Assembly: GCA_951812805.1 (NCBI GenBank) | Contig: CATOSZ010000008.1 | Span: 136,137-200,136, forward strand | Reading direction: 5' to 3' | Length of the DNA stretch: 64,000 nt | Origin: an uncultured Alphaproteobacteria bacterium | Lineage (GTDB): Bacteria; Pseudomonadota; Alphaproteobacteria; GCA-2731375 | Part shown: piece after piece, positions 43,001-53,554 of the stretch | Layout: each line of letters opens with the position of its first letter | Position numbering within the stretch: the stretch's first letter is position 1 | Position numbers and translations under genes: made by a program | Notes under the pieces: model-generated | What the model was told of the DNA's origin: nothing | Seen by the model: the letters and a program-made list of their open reading frames with translations, nothing else | The model's database searches: none

Positions 43001-43867
43001 ATGAACCTCGGCGTCATCACCGACGGCATCAGCCGCGACCTCGACCACGCGCTCGCCGTCATGACCGAATACGGCCTCACCCATGCGGAGCTGCAATTCA
43101 TCGACGACAAGGAGGTCGGCGATCTCGACGCCGACGAGCGGCGCCGGGCGCTGGAGAGTGTGCGGCGGCACGAAAAAACCGTCTCCTGCATCTCGCGGCA
43201 CAACTTCGCCGGCATGACGATGGGCAGCTCCAAGCCCGGCGACGAGCAGCACACCCGGCACATGGACTCGCTGAAGCGCTGCATCGACATGGCGCATGAC
43301 TTCGACTGCCGGACCGTGCGCATCATGACCGGCAAGAAGGAGGCGATCCTGTGGGGCCATCACGGCGCCGAGCAATGGAACGTCGCCACCGGCGCCTGGG
43401 ACGTCCAGCTGACCCTGATCGCGCCGGCGATCGAACTCGCCAGGGCCGAGGGCGTGACCCTGGTGGTGGAGACCGGCAACGGCACCATGGTCAATTCCTG
43501 CTGGACCGGACGCAAGCTGATCGACGACCTCGACGCCAAGGGGGTCCTGAAGGTGCTGTGGGACCCGGCCAACAACTGCTGGGCGCACGAGGACGCCTGG
43601 CCGGACGGCTACGAGGCGGTCAAGGACGGCTACCTCGGCCACGTCCATATCAAGGACGTCCATGTCGACACGCCGAAGGCGACGCTGGAAGTCCGCCGCA
43701 TGGGCGAAGGCCAGCTGGCCGATCAGTTCCAGCCGATGGCCGACGCCATGCGGGCCGACGGCTATGACGGCGCGATCAGCTTCGAGAGCGTCTATCATCC
43801 GGGCGACGGCGACTTCGAGGCCGGCTTTCGCCAGAATATCGAAGTGTTCAAGCGCATCTTCGGATAG
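43001..43867 (+). CDS. Sugar phosphate isomerase/epimerase (xylose-isomerase-like TIM barrel)
   Basis: LVVET, LWDPAN, HVHIKD, MGEG, YDGAISFE metal ligands. Confidence 0.85.
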   Translation: MNLGVITDGISRDLDHALAVMTEYGLTHAELQFIDDKEVGDLDADERRRALESVRRHEKTVSCISRHNFAGMTMGSSKPGDEQHTRHMDSLKRCIDMAHDFDCRTVRIMTGKKEAILWGHHGAEQWNVATGAWDVQLTLIAPAIELARAEGVTLVVETGNGTMVNSCWTGRKLIDDLDAKGVLKVLWDPANNCWAHEDAWPDGYEAVKDGYLGHVHIKDVHVDTPKATLEVRRMGEGQLADQFQPMADAMRADGYDGAISFESVYHPGDGDFEAGFRQNIEVFKRIFG

Positions 43868-43951
43868 GGCGGCGATCAGAATCGCGTGAGCCGTCGGCGG
43901 CGAACCGTCTAATCTGCTACACCTGAGGCTTGGCAGACAGGAGTATCGACT

Positions 43952-44458
43952 ATGGACGCCCAGCAGCTGAAGACCACGCAGGCCCCGATCAAGGAGCGCT
44001 ATCGCAGCGAACCGGAGGCGGCCGTGATCACCCTTTCGGCCGAGGGCAAGGTCGGCGAGGGGGTGACCTGCTCCGTCCAGACCGGCCGGGCCCTGGTCGA
44101 GGCCGGCCTGCATCCGGCGACCGGGGGAAGCGGCCTGCACGCCTGTTCGGGCGATATGCTGCTGGAGGCGCTGGTCGCCTGTGCGGGTGTCACCCTGAAT
44201 GCCGTCGCCACGGCGCTGGAACTGCCGGTCGACGACGCCACGGTCCGGGCGGAGGGGGACCTCGACTTCAAGGGGACCCTCGGCGTCGATCGCGAGGCGC
44301 CGGTCGGCTTTCGCGACATTCGCCTGGCCTTCGACATCAAGGGCGACCTGGACGCGGAGCAAACCGCGACGCTGATCAAACTGACGGAGCGTTACTGCGT
44401 CGTCTATCAGACCCTGAAGGCGTCCCCGCCCATCGCCCTTGACGTGAACGTCGCCTGA
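43952..44458 (+). CDS. OsmC-family protein
   Basis: AGLHPATGG...CSGDMLLEALVACAGVT...EGDLDFKGTLGV...TERYCVVYQTL. Confidence 0.9.
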   Translation: MDAQQLKTTQAPIKERYRSEPEAAVITLSAEGKVGEGVTCSVQTGRALVEAGLHPATGGSGLHACSGDMLLEALVACAGVTLNAVATALELPVDDATVRAEGDLDFKGTLGVDREAPVGFRDIRLAFDIKGDLDAEQTATLIKLTERYCVVYQTLKASPPIALDVNVA

Positions 44459-44470
44459 GAGGCGGGCGCC

Positions 44471-45343
44471 CTATTCGACCAGGCGGTAGGCGAAGGCGTC
44501 ACCCTCGGAGACGATGTGGCCGCAGGTCGGCCGCGCGAAGTGCGCCGGTGCCAGCAGGGTGTCGGTATCGGCCAGCCGCTCGATCAGCGCGCGGCGCGAG
44601 GCGTGGCTGAGCGCCTTGTCCTCGCAGGCCATGCTCGACCATTCGGGATGGCTGAGCTGGATCGGATGATGGATGACGTCGCCGGAGAGCGCCGCGCTCG
44701 CCGCGCCCGATTTCAGGTTCACCACCACGTTGCCGGGCGTGTGGCCGGGCGCCGGCTCCAGCCAGACGCCGTCTTCCATCTGATGGTCCATGTCGACCAG
44801 CACGGCCTGCCCGCTTTCCAGGATCGGCTGCACGCTTTCGGTGAAGGTGAGGGAGCGCACGCCCTCCGGGTCCGCCGCGTGGCGCCCGCGCCAGTACTCC
44901 GCCTCGGTCCGCGCCATGACGTATTTGGCGTTCGGGAAGGTCGGCACCCAGCGCCCGTCGACGAGCTGTGTGTTCCAGCCGACATGGTCGCCGTGCAGAT
45001 GGGTGCAGAGCACGAAGTCGATATCCCCCGGCGCCAGGCCTTTGGCCGCGAGGTCCGCGATGAAACTGCCCTGGCGGCGATGCCAGGTCGGGCGATGCGG
45101 GAACGACTTGTCGTTGCCGATGCAGGCGTCGACCAGGATGGTATGGCGCGGGGTGCGCAGGATGTAGGACTGGAAGCAGAAGATGAAACGTCGAGTTTCC
45201 GGATCCATGTAGCGCGGCAGCAGCCAGTCGAGGTGCGGTGCCAGCGTCTCCGGCGTCGCGTCGGGGAAGAAGTCGAAGGGATCCATGAACGGCTCCTGCA
45301 ACTCGACGAGGGCGTCCAGGGTGAAGTCGCCGATGGCCTGCAT
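44471..45343 (-). CDS. MBL-fold metallo-hydrolase
   Basis: THLHGDHVGWNT, PTFPNAKY, APGHTPG, SGDVIHHP, PAHF. Confidence 0.92.
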   Translation of the reverse strand: MQAIGDFTLDALVELQEPFMDPFDFFPDATPETLAPHLDWLLPRYMDPETRRFIFCFQSYILRTPRHTILVDACIGNDKSFPHRPTWHRRQGSFIADLAAKGLAPGDIDFVLCTHLHGDHVGWNTQLVDGRWVPTFPNAKYVMARTEAEYWRGRHAADPEGVRSLTFTESVQPILESGQAVLVDMDHQMEDGVWLEPAPGHTPGNVVVNLKSGAASAALSGDVIHHPIQLSHPEWSSMACEDKALSHASRRALIERLADTDTLLAPAHFARPTCGHIVSEGDAFAYRLVE

Positions 45344-45386
45344 CGTCGTTCCTCCGTCTATGATGTTTTGGGGAAAATGGGCTGGA

Positions 45387-45662
45387 TCAGGTGCCCGGCA
45401 TCAGCGGGATTTCGCCCGAGCCTTCGGGCCGGGCCTGATCGACCGGCCGCACGCGGCGAATCAGACCCTTGGAGATGATCTCGATCGTGCCGTCGCCATG
45501 CTCGAAGGCGACGTAGCCGCGCTGGTCGTTCATCATGTCGATGACCCGCTCGTTCGGGTTGAGGAAGAGATGGCCTTGCACGCCGCCCTCTTCGGTGACG
45601 ATTTCCACGCCGACCCGCCGCTTGGGCTTTTGCTCACCGCCGTAACCTTGAAAAACCGCCAT
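45387..45662 (-). CDS. Small hypothetical protein
   Basis: MAVFQG...GHLFLNPNERVIDMMNDQRGYVAFE...IISKGLIRRVRP; reads as a globular beta-rich protein with typical codon usage. Confidence 0.65.
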   Translation of the reverse strand: MAVFQGYGGEQKPKRRVGVEIVTEEGGVQGHLFLNPNERVIDMMNDQRGYVAFEHGDGTIEIISKGLIRRVRPVDQARPEGSGEIPLMPGT

Positions 45663-45819
45663 CGCCCGACACCACCATATCTCGCGCCGCCTTGCGGGCG
45701 TCGCGTCGGCTCTCCCCAAGTGTGTGGAATCGTAGCACAATCCGTCCCGCCGTCTAACCAGGGCTTCCTAATGCGGGCGGAATCGCATTGCCATCTGGTT
45801 CCACCCCCCGGCCCGTGCT

Positions 45820-46004
45820 AGCGTGGTGCCGTCGAGCGTAGGGAAGCCGGTGCGTTTCGTCCCGGGCCATCGTTGCCCGCCGAGCCAACTCCGGCGCTGC
45901 CCCCGCAACTGTAGGAAGGAGGGCGTGGTACGAGGCCACTGGGCCCGGGCGCAATGCCGGGACTGGGAAGGCGCCACGTCCGACGACTTCGAGCCAGGAA
46001 ACCT
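45820..46004 (+). ncRNA. Cobalamin (B12) riboswitch
   Basis: AGGGAAGCCGGTG...TCCGGCGCTGCCCCCGCAACTGT...GCCACTG...GGGAAGG...GAGCCAGGAAACCT, directly upstream of cobU. Confidence 0.93.
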
Positions 46005-46073
46005 TACTCGACGTTTCATGGTCGGCGGGTGGCGCATCGCCCCCGCCCCATCCTCGGAGGGGGGATGTGTCGG

Positions 46074-46646
46074 ATGAACGAAGCAAAGCCGTCACCCGTG
46101 CCGCCAGCGGACGTCACACTGGTGTTGGGTGGTGCCGAATCGGGCAAGAGCCTGCATGCCGAGCGCCTGGCGGCGGCCGCCGGCGCGCCGCTGCTCTATA
46201 TCGCGACGGCCGAGGCCGGCGACGGCGAGATGGCGGATAAGATCGCCCGCCACCGGGAGCGCCGCGGCGCGTGCTGGCAAACCCTCGAGGTGCCGTTGGC
46301 CCTGCCGGACGCGCTGATCGCGGCAGAGGCCGGCACGGCGGCGATCCTGGTCGACTGCCTCACCCTTTGGCTCGCCAACCTCATGGCGGCGGAACGCGAC
46401 CTCGATGCCGCCAGCGCGGCCCTCGTCGCCGCGCTCGCCCGGGCGCCGGCCCCGGTGATCCTGGTCTCGAACGAGGTCGGCCTCGGCATCGTGCCGGACA
46501 ATCCGCTGGCGCGCCGCTTTCGCGAAGCGGCCGGGCGCCTGAACGCCCAAATCGCGGCGGCGGCGGACCGGGTCGACTTTCTCGCCGCCGGCCTGCCCCT
46601 CACCCTGAAGCCCACACCCCACAACCTGGAAGGTCCCGGGACATGA
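46074..46646 (+). CDS. cobU: Adenosylcobinamide kinase / guanylyltransferase (CobU/CobP)
   Basis: LVLGGAESGKS, YIATA, RHRERR..WQTLE, LVDCLTLW, VSNEVGLGIVP. Confidence 0.95.
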   Translation: MNEAKPSPVPPADVTLVLGGAESGKSLHAERLAAAAGAPLLYIATAEAGDGEMADKIARHRERRGACWQTLEVPLALPDALIAAEAGTAAILVDCLTLWLANLMAAERDLDAASAALVAALARAPAPVILVSNEVGLGIVPDNPLARRFREAAGRLNAQIAAAADRVDFLAAGLPLTLKPTPHNLEGPGT

Positions 46647-47668
46647 GCAAGATCCCCGCCACCGTCATCACCGGCTTCCTCGGCGCCGGCAAGACCACCC
46701 TGATCCGCCACCTGGCCGAGCAGGCCGACGGCCGCCGTCTCGCCTTCGTCATCAACGAGTTCGGTGAACTCGGCATCGACGGCGACATCCTGAAGGGATG
46801 CGGCATCGAGGATTGCGACGAGGACAGCGTGGTGGAACTGGCCAACGGCTGCATCTGCTGCACCGTCGCCGACGATTTCCTGCCCACCATCGAGGCGCTG
46901 CTGGCCCGGCCGGAGCCGCCGGACCACATCATCATCGAAACCTCCGGCCTCGCCCTGCCGAAGCCTCTGGTCCAGGCCTTTGCCTGGCCGGAGGTGCGCA
47001 CGCGGGTCACCGTCGACGGTGTCGTCGCCGTGCTCGACGGCCCGGCCGTCGCCGAGGGCAAGTTCGCCGAGGACCTGGACGCGGTTGCCGCCGCCCGCGC
47101 CGCCGACCCCAACCTCGACCACGACAGCCCGCTCGCCGAGCTGTTCGAGGACCAGCTCGCCTGCGCCGACCTCGTCGTCATGAACAAGACCGACCTGCTC
47201 GACGGCGCGGCGGAGGCCCGGGTGCGCGACGAGATCCAGGGCGAACTCCGGGCCGGCGTCGGCATCGTCCGCGCTTCGCACGGCGCCCTCGACGCCCGCG
47301 TGCTGCTCGGCCTCGGTGCCGCGGCGGAGGACGACCTCGACGCCCGGCCCTCGCACCACGACGCGGAGGGCGAGCATGATCACGACGATTTCGAGAGCTT
47401 TACGCTGTCCCTCCCCGAACAGTCGGAGCCCGCGGCCTTCGCCGCCCGCCTGGCCGAGGTGGCGGGCCGGCACGACGTGCTGCGCATGAAGGGTTTCGCC
47501 GCCGTGCCGGGCAAGCCGATGCGCCTCGTCGTGCAGGGCGTCGGGCCGCGCTTCGAGCACTACTTCGACCGGCCCTGGGCGAGCGGCGAGGCGCGTGAGG
47601 GCCGCCTCGTGGTAATCGGCGAAAGCGGCCTCGACCAGGCGGCGATCAGCGCCGAGATCCTGGGCTGA
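46643..47668 (+). CDS. cobW: Cobalamin biosynthesis GTPase / metallochaperone CobW
   Basis: KIPATVITGFLGAGKTT, NEFGELGIDG, NGCICCTVADDF, IETSGLALPKPL, HDHDDF. Confidence 0.96.
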   Translation: MSKIPATVITGFLGAGKTTLIRHLAEQADGRRLAFVINEFGELGIDGDILKGCGIEDCDEDSVVELANGCICCTVADDFLPTIEALLARPEPPDHIIIETSGLALPKPLVQAFAWPEVRTRVTVDGVVAVLDGPAVAEGKFAEDLDAVAAARAADPNLDHDSPLAELFEDQLACADLVVMNKTDLLDGAAEARVRDEIQGELRAGVGIVRASHGALDARVLLGLGAAAEDDLDARPSHHDAEGEHDHDDFESFTLSLPEQSEPAAFAARLAEVAGRHDVLRMKGFAAVPGKPMRLVVQGVGPRFEHYFDRPWASGEAREGRLVVIGESGLDQAAISAEILG

Positions 47669-47672
47669 GCCC

Positions 47673-50600
47673 GTGCACCTGCTGGCCGCGCAACCGGGAG
47701 GCATCGCCGATGGCGGCGAGGCGGTCGACCTCGGGCAAAGCCCGGGGGAGATCGTCGTCCTCTCTGCGGCCGATACGGAACTCGCCGCGCTCGCCGCCGC
47801 GCGGGCGCGCTTCGGCGACGACTATCCGAGCCTGCGCCTCGCCAACCTGATGAACCTCGCCCACAATCTGTCGGTCGACGCCTATGTCGAGGCGGTGATC
47901 CGCCATGCCCGCCTCGTCGTCGTGCGGTTGTTGGGCGGCGTCGCCTACTGGCCTTACGGCGTCGAGCGGCTGGTCGAGACGGCGCGGGCGCAGGGCATTC
48001 CGCTGGCCCTGCTGCCGGGTGACGACCAGCCGGACCCGGAACTGGACGGCCTTTCGACGCTGGACCGAGAGACGCGACACCGGCTCTGGCAATATTGCGT
48101 GCATGGCGGGCCGGAAAACGCGGCGCACCTTTTGGCCCATGCCGCCGACGTCCTGGGCCACGCCTTTCCCTGGCGCGAGCCGACACCGCTGCTGCCGGCG
48201 GGCGTACTGGAGGACGGCGCGGTGCTGCCGGCGGCGGCACCCGTCGTCGCCCTGGTGTTCTACCGGGCCCTGGTGCAGGCCGGGAACCTGGCGCCGGTCG
48301 AAGATCTGACGGCGGCGCTGCGGGCGCGCGGCCTTGGCGCCGTGGCGATCTATGTCGCGAGCCTGAAGGATCCGGTGTCCGCCGACCTGCTCGCCCGCAA
48401 GCTGTCGGAGATCGAACCACAGGTCATTCTCAACGCCACCGCCTTCGCCGTCTCGACGCCCGGCGCGCGGCGGGCCGTCACGCCGTTCGACGCGGCCGAT
48501 TGCCCGATCCTCCAGGTCGTCTTCTCGGGCGGCACGGAGGCGGCCTGGGCCGAGGGCACGAACGGCCTGTCCTCCCGCGACATCGCGATGAACGTCGCCC
48601 TGCCGGAGGTCGACGGACGGATCCTGACCCGCGCCGTCAGTTTCAAGGCGGAGGCCCGCTTCGATGCCCTGACCGAGCATTCCGTCGTCCGCTACGAGAG
48701 CGTGGCGGACCGGATCGATTACGTCGCCGACCTGGCCGCCGCCTGGGCACGCCTGCGCCGCACGGCGCCGGGGAAGCGTCGCCTGGTCGTGGTGCTGGCG
48801 AACTATCCCAACCGGGACGGCCGTCTCGGCAACGGGGTCGGGCTCGACACGCCCGCCGGCGTCATCGAGGCGCTTCGCCGGTTGGCGGCGGAAGGCTACG
48901 ACCTGCGCGATCTCCCGGCGGACGGGGCCGCTCTCATCGACCGGCTGCTCGAAGGGCCGAGCAACTCGGCCGAGGGCTGGCACCGGGCGGCGCGCGAGAC
49001 GATCTCGCTCGCCGATTACGAAATGTTTTTTGCCGCCCTGCCGGCGGCGGCCCGCGAAAAGGTGATCGAACGTTGGGGCCCGCCGGCGCGCGATCCCTTC
49101 TTTCGCCCGGGCGCGGTGGATTGCGGTGGCTTCGCCCTGCCGGTGCTGCGGCTCGGCAACGTCGCCCTCGCGGTGCAGCCGGCGCGCGGCTACAACATCG
49201 ATCCGAAGTCGAGCTATCACGATCCCGACCTGCCGCCACCGCACGGCTATCTCGCCTTCCACGCCTGGCTGCGGCGCGACTTCGACGCGCATGCCGTCGT
49301 CCATTTCGGCAAGCACGGCAACCTCGAATGGCTGCCGGGGAAGGCGCTGGCGCTTTCGGCCGCCTGTTTCCCGGAGGTGGCGCTGGGGCCGCTGCCCCAC
49401 CTCTATCCCTTCATCGTCAACGATCCGGGCGAAGGCGCGCAGGCCAAGCGGCGCACCGCCGCCGTGGTAATCGACCACCTCACACCGCCGCTCACCCGGG
49501 CGGAGAGTTACGGCCCGCTGAAGCAGCTGGAGGCCCTGGTCGACGAATATTTCGAGGCGGCCGGCCTCGACCGTCGCCGGTTGGCCCCGCTTTCGGCGGA
49601 GATCCTCTCGCTCTCCGAAAGCATCGGTCTCGACATCGACGTCGGCTTCCAGCCGGGCGACGACGAAGCGGCCCGCCTCGGCAAGCTCGACGCCTATCTC
49701 TGCGACCTGAAGGAGATGCAGATCCGCGACGGGCTGCACATCTTCGGCCGCGCGCCCGAGGGCCGCCTACTGGAGGACCTGCTGGTCGCCCTCGTGCGGG
49801 TGCCGCGCGGTTCTGGCGAGGGCGGCGACGCCTCGCTCACCCGGGCGCTGGCGCGTGATCTGGCGCTGGGCGAATTCGATCCGCTGGACTGCGATGCGGC
49901 GACACCCTGGGCGGGGCCACGGCCCGACGCCCTCGCCCTGCTGGACGATCCCTGGCGCACGGCGGGCGATACGGTGGAACGGCTGGAAGCCCTGGGAAGC
50001 GCGCTGGTGTCCGGCCGGCGCGGGGTGGACCCGGCCTGGTCGACGACGGCGTTGGTCCTCGACGAGATCCGAGATCGCATTCGCCCGGCCGTCGAAGGCT
50101 CGGGCGAGGCGGAGCTGGTGGGCCTCGCGCGCGGCCTCGCCGGCCGCTTCGTCGAGCCGGGGCCGAGTGGGGCGCCGACCCGCGGGCGGCCGGAGGTGCT
50201 GCCAACCGGGCGTAACTTCTATTCGGTCGACACCCGCGCCGTGCCGACGCCGGCCGCCTGGCGCCTCGGCTGGCATTCCGCCGGCCTCATCGTCGAGCGG
50301 CACCTCCAGGAACATGGCGAATGGCCGCGCGCCGTCGCACTTTCCGCCTGGGGCACGGCGAACATGCGCACCGGCGGCGACGACATCGCCCAGGCCCTGG
50401 CCCTGATCGGCGCGCGGCCGCGCTGGGATACCGGCTCGGGTCGGGTGGCGGGCTTCGAGATCATGCCCCTCGACGTGCTGGACCGCCCGCGCGTCGACGT
50501 CACCCTGCGGATTTCGGGCTTCTTTCGCGACGCCTTCCCCGCGCAGATCGACCTTTTCGACAGCGCCGTCGCGGCCATCGCCGCGCTCGACGAGCCGGCG

Positions 50601-51413
50601 GAGAGCAATCCCATCGCGTTGCGCGTCTCGAACGATATCGTGCGCCTGCAGGCCGAGGCCGGCATCGGCTTCGAGGCGGCGACGCGGCGGGCGCTGGCCC
50701 GGGTCTTCGGCGCGAAGCCGGGCGCCTACGGGGCCGGTCTGCAGGCCCTCATCGACGAGCGCGGCTGGCGCGACGAGGCCGACCTCGCCCGCGCCTATGT
50801 CGCCTGGGGCGGCTACGTCTATGGCGGCGGACGCGGTGGCGAGGCGGAACACGGCCTGTTCCGTAACCGTCTCGCCGAGGTCGAAGCGGTGTTGCACAAC
50901 CAGGACAACCGGGAACACGACCTGCTCGATTCCGACGACTACTATCAATTCGAGGGCGGGCTCGCCGCCGCGGCCCATCACGCGTCGGGCCGGCGGCCGG
51001 CGATCTATCACAACGACCACTCCCGGCCCGAGAGCCCGAAGGTGCGCAGCCTGGAGGAGGAGATCGCCCGCGTCGTCCGCGCCCGGGTGGTCAATCCGAA
51101 GTGGATCGCGGGCGTCATGCGTCATGGCTACAAGGGCGCCTTCGAGATGGCGGCGACGGTCGACTATCTCTTCGCCTTTCAGGCGACGGCGCGGGTGGTT
51201 CACGATCACCACTTCGATTCCGTCTACGATGCCTATCTGGGCGATGCGGCGGTGCGCGAATTCCTGGGCGCAAACAATCCGGCCGCACTGCGCGAGATCG
51301 CCGGGCGGCTGATCGAGGCGGTGGACCGCGGCCTCTGGCGGCCCCGGCGCAACGACGTTCCGGGCGAGCTGGAGGCCCTGGTACGCGGCGAGGAAGAAAG
51401 GATCACGGTATGA
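47673..51413 (+). CDS. cobN: Cobaltochelatase subunit CobN
   Basis: MHLLAAQPG, ALPEVDGRI, ANYPNRDGR, HFGKHGNLEWLPGK, LPTGRNFYS, HNQDNREHDLLDSDDYY, RHGYKGAFE. Confidence 0.97.
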   Translation: MHLLAAQPGGIADGGEAVDLGQSPGEIVVLSAADTELAALAAARARFGDDYPSLRLANLMNLAHNLSVDAYVEAVIRHARLVVVRLLGGVAYWPYGVERLVETARAQGIPLALLPGDDQPDPELDGLSTLDRETRHRLWQYCVHGGPENAAHLLAHAADVLGHAFPWREPTPLLPAGVLEDGAVLPAAAPVVALVFYRALVQAGNLAPVEDLTAALRARGLGAVAIYVASLKDPVSADLLARKLSEIEPQVILNATAFAVSTPGARRAVTPFDAADCPILQVVFSGGTEAAWAEGTNGLSSRDIAMNVALPEVDGRILTRAVSFKAEARFDALTEHSVVRYESVADRIDYVADLAAAWARLRRTAPGKRRLVVVLANYPNRDGRLGNGVGLDTPAGVIEALRRLAAEGYDLRDLPADGAALIDRLLEGPSNSAEGWHRAARETISLADYEMFFAALPAAAREKVIERWGPPARDPFFRPGAVDCGGFALPVLRLGNVALAVQPARGYNIDPKSSYHDPDLPPPHGYLAFHAWLRRDFDAHAVVHFGKHGNLEWLPGKALALSAACFPEVALGPLPHLYPFIVNDPGEGAQAKRRTAAVVIDHLTPPLTRAESYGPLKQLEALVDEYFEAAGLDRRRLAPLSAEILSLSESIGLDIDVGFQPGDDEAARLGKLDAYLCDLKEMQIRDGLHIFGRAPEGRLLEDLLVALVRVPRGSGEGGDASLTRALARDLALGEFDPLDCDAATPWAGPRPDALALLDDPWRTAGDTVERLEALGSALVSGRRGVDPAWSTTALVLDEIRDRIRPAVEGSGEAELVGLARGLAGRFVEPGPSGAPTRGRPEVLPTGRNFYSVDTRAVPTPAAWRLGWHSAGLIVERHLQEHGEWPRAVALSAWGTANMRTGGDDIAQALALIGARPRWDTGSGRVAGFEIMPLDVLDRPRVDVTLRISGFFRDAFPAQIDLFDSAVAAIAALDEPAESNPIALRVSNDIVRLQAEAGIGFEAATRRALARVFGAKPGAYGAGLQALIDERGWRDEADLARAYVAWGGYVYGGGRGGEAEHGLFRNRLAEVEAVLHNQDNREHDLLDSDDYYQFEGGLAAAAHHASGRRPAIYHNDHSRPESPKVRSLEEEIARVVRARVVNPKWIAGVMRHGYKGAFEMAATVDYLFAFQATARVVHDHHFDSVYDAYLGDAAVREFLGANNPAALREIAGRLIEAVDRGLWRPRRNDVPGELEALVRGEEERITV

Positions 51414-52051
51414 CCGACCCTCGACAAGACGAACAGAGCGAACTCGACCAGCGCCACGCCGAAAAGATGCGCAAGAAAAAGGCGGCGCGCGACAAGATCA
51501 TCGCCACCAAGACGATCGAAAAGGGCCTGCTGATCGTCCACACCGGCAAGGGCAAGGGCAAGTCGACCGCGGCGTTCGGCCTGGTCATGCGGGCGCTCGG
51601 CCATGGGATGCCGGTCGGCATCGTGCAGTTCGTCAAGGGCAAGTGGGAAACCGGCGAGCGGGTGGTGCTGGAGCATTTCCCCGACCTCGTCACCGTGCGG
51701 ACCATGGGCGAGGGCTTCACCTGGGACACGCAGGACCGCCAGCGCGATATCGCCGCGGCGCGTGCCGCCTGGGCCGCTGCGGTCGAAATGATCGAGGCGA
51801 GCCGCGGCCCCGAGCCGGCCCACCGGGTCCTGCTGCTGGACGAGTTGAACATCGTGCTGCGCTACGACTATCTCGATATCGCCGAGGTGGTCGAGGTGCT
51901 GGCGAACAAGCCCGAGGACCTGCACATCGTCGTCACCGGGCGCAACGCCAAGGACGAGTTGATCGAGGCGGCGGACCTGGTGACAGAGATGACCATGGTC
52001 AAGCATCCCTTCCGCTCCGGCGTGAAGGCCCAGGTCGGCATCGAGTTCTGA
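51410..52051 (+). CDS. cobO: Cob(I)yrinic acid a,c-diamide adenosyltransferase
   Basis: HAEKM.KKK, VHTGKGKGKSTAAFG, VQFVKG, GEGFTW, LDELNI, TGRNAK, GIEF. Confidence 0.96.
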   Translation: MTDPRQDEQSELDQRHAEKMRKKKAARDKIIATKTIEKGLLIVHTGKGKGKSTAAFGLVMRALGHGMPVGIVQFVKGKWETGERVVLEHFPDLVTVRTMGEGFTWDTQDRQRDIAAARAAWAAAVEMIEASRGPEPAHRVLLLDELNIVLRYDYLDIAEVVEVLANKPEDLHIVVTGRNAKDELIEAADLVTEMTMVKHPFRSGVKAQVGIEF

Positions 52052-52066
52052 GGGACGACGGTTCGA

Positions 52067-53554
52067 ATGGCGCGCGCGATCATGCTGCAGGGGACCGGGT
52101 CGGACGTGGGGAAATCCCTCCTCGTCGCCGGGTTGGCGCGTGCCTGCGTGCAACGAGGGCTGCGGGTGCGCCCATTCAAGCCGCAGAACATGTCGAACAA
52201 CGCGGCCGTCACCGCCGAGGGCGGCGAGATCGGCCGGGCCCAGGCCCTGCAGGCCCGCGCCTGCGGCGTGGCGCCGAGCGTCGACATGAACCCGATCCTG
52301 TTGAAGCCGCAGAGCGAGGTCGGTGCCCAGGTCGTGCTGCGCGGTCGGATCCTGGGCAACGCCAACGCCCGCGACTACCAGGCGATGAAGCCCGGCCTGC
52401 TGGCCGAGGTGGTCGCGAGCTTCGAGCGGCTGGCGGCGGACGTGGATCTCGTCCTGGTCGAGGGGGCGGGCAGCCCGGCGGAAATCAACCTGCGCGACGG
52501 CGACATCGCCAACATGGGCTTCGCCGAAGCGGCGGATCTGCCGGTTGTGCTGATCGGCGACATCGACCGGGGCGGCGTCATCGCCCAGCTGGTCGGCACG
52601 CACACGGTGCTGGCGCCGGCCGACCGGGATCGGATCGCCGGCTTTCTCGTCAACAAGTTCCGCGGCGACCCGGCGCTGTTCGCCACCGGGCGGCGGGAGA
52701 TCGCGACGCGTACCGGCTGGCGTGACCTCGGCCTGGTGCCCTGGTTCGCCGAGGCCTGGCGCCTGCCGGCCGAGGATGCCGTCGCGCTCGATTCACAGGT
52801 CTGGCGCCGCGCGGGTGACGGCCGGGCACGTATCGCCGTGCCGCGCCTGCCCGGCATCTCGAATTTCGACGACCTCGATCCGCTGCGGGCCGAGCCGGAG
52901 GTCGCCCTCGACATCGTCACCGCCGGGCGTGCCCTGCCGGGGGATGCCGACCTGGTGATCCTGCCGGGCTCCAAGTCGACGATCTCCGACCTCGCCATGC
53001 TGCGCGCGCAGGGCTGGGACATCGATATCCAGGCCCATCGTCGCCGCGGTGGCGCCGTGCTCGGCATCTGCGGCGGGTTGCAGATGCTGGGGGCGGAAAT
53101 CGCCGATCCGTTGGGTATCGAAGGGCCGGCGGGGACCGTGGCGGGCCTCGGCCTGCTTTCGCTCCGCACCGAGCTCGGCGGCGACAAGCGGCTGGCCGAA
53201 GTGCGCGGCGCCGACCGTGCCCATGGCCAGACGGTACAGGGCTATTTCATGCATCTCGGACGTACGGCCGGGACGGATCTGACCCGCCCCATGCTCGACC
53301 TGGAGGGCGGACCCGACGGTGCGATGTCGCCCGACGGTCGGGTGATGGGCTGTTATCTGCATGGCCTGTTCGCCGCGGATGATTTTCGTCGCGCCTTTCT
53401 CGCCGCCCTCGGCGCGCGCGAGGCCGGCGCCGAGCCACATGAAAGCCGCATCGAGGACGGGCTCGACCGGCTCGCCGCGCATCTCGGCCGGGCGGTCGAC
53501 CTGGAGGCGCTGCTCTCGCTCAGCGATAGAGCCAGAGCGCGAGCAGCGACATGA
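52067..53554 (+). CDS. cobQ: Cobyric acid synthase
   Basis: [58 protein letters not shown]. Confidence 0.97.
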   Translation: MARAIMLQGTGSDVGKSLLVAGLARACVQRGLRVRPFKPQNMSNNAAVTAEGGEIGRAQALQARACGVAPSVDMNPILLKPQSEVGAQVVLRGRILGNANARDYQAMKPGLLAEVVASFERLAADVDLVLVEGAGSPAEINLRDGDIANMGFAEAADLPVVLIGDIDRGGVIAQLVGTHTVLAPADRDRIAGFLVNKFRGDPALFATGRREIATRTGWRDLGLVPWFAEAWRLPAEDAVALDSQVWRRAGDGRARIAVPRLPGISNFDDLDPLRAEPEVALDIVTAGRALPGDADLVILPGSKSTISDLAMLRAQGWDIDIQAHRRRGGAVLGICGGLQMLGAEIADPLGIEGPAGTVAGLGLLSLRTELGGDKRLAEVRGADRAHGQTVQGYFMHLGRTAGTDLTRPMLDLEGGPDGAMSPDGRVMGCYLHGLFAADDFRRAFLAALGAREAGAEPHESRIEDGLDRLAAHLGRAVDLEALLSLSDRARARAAT

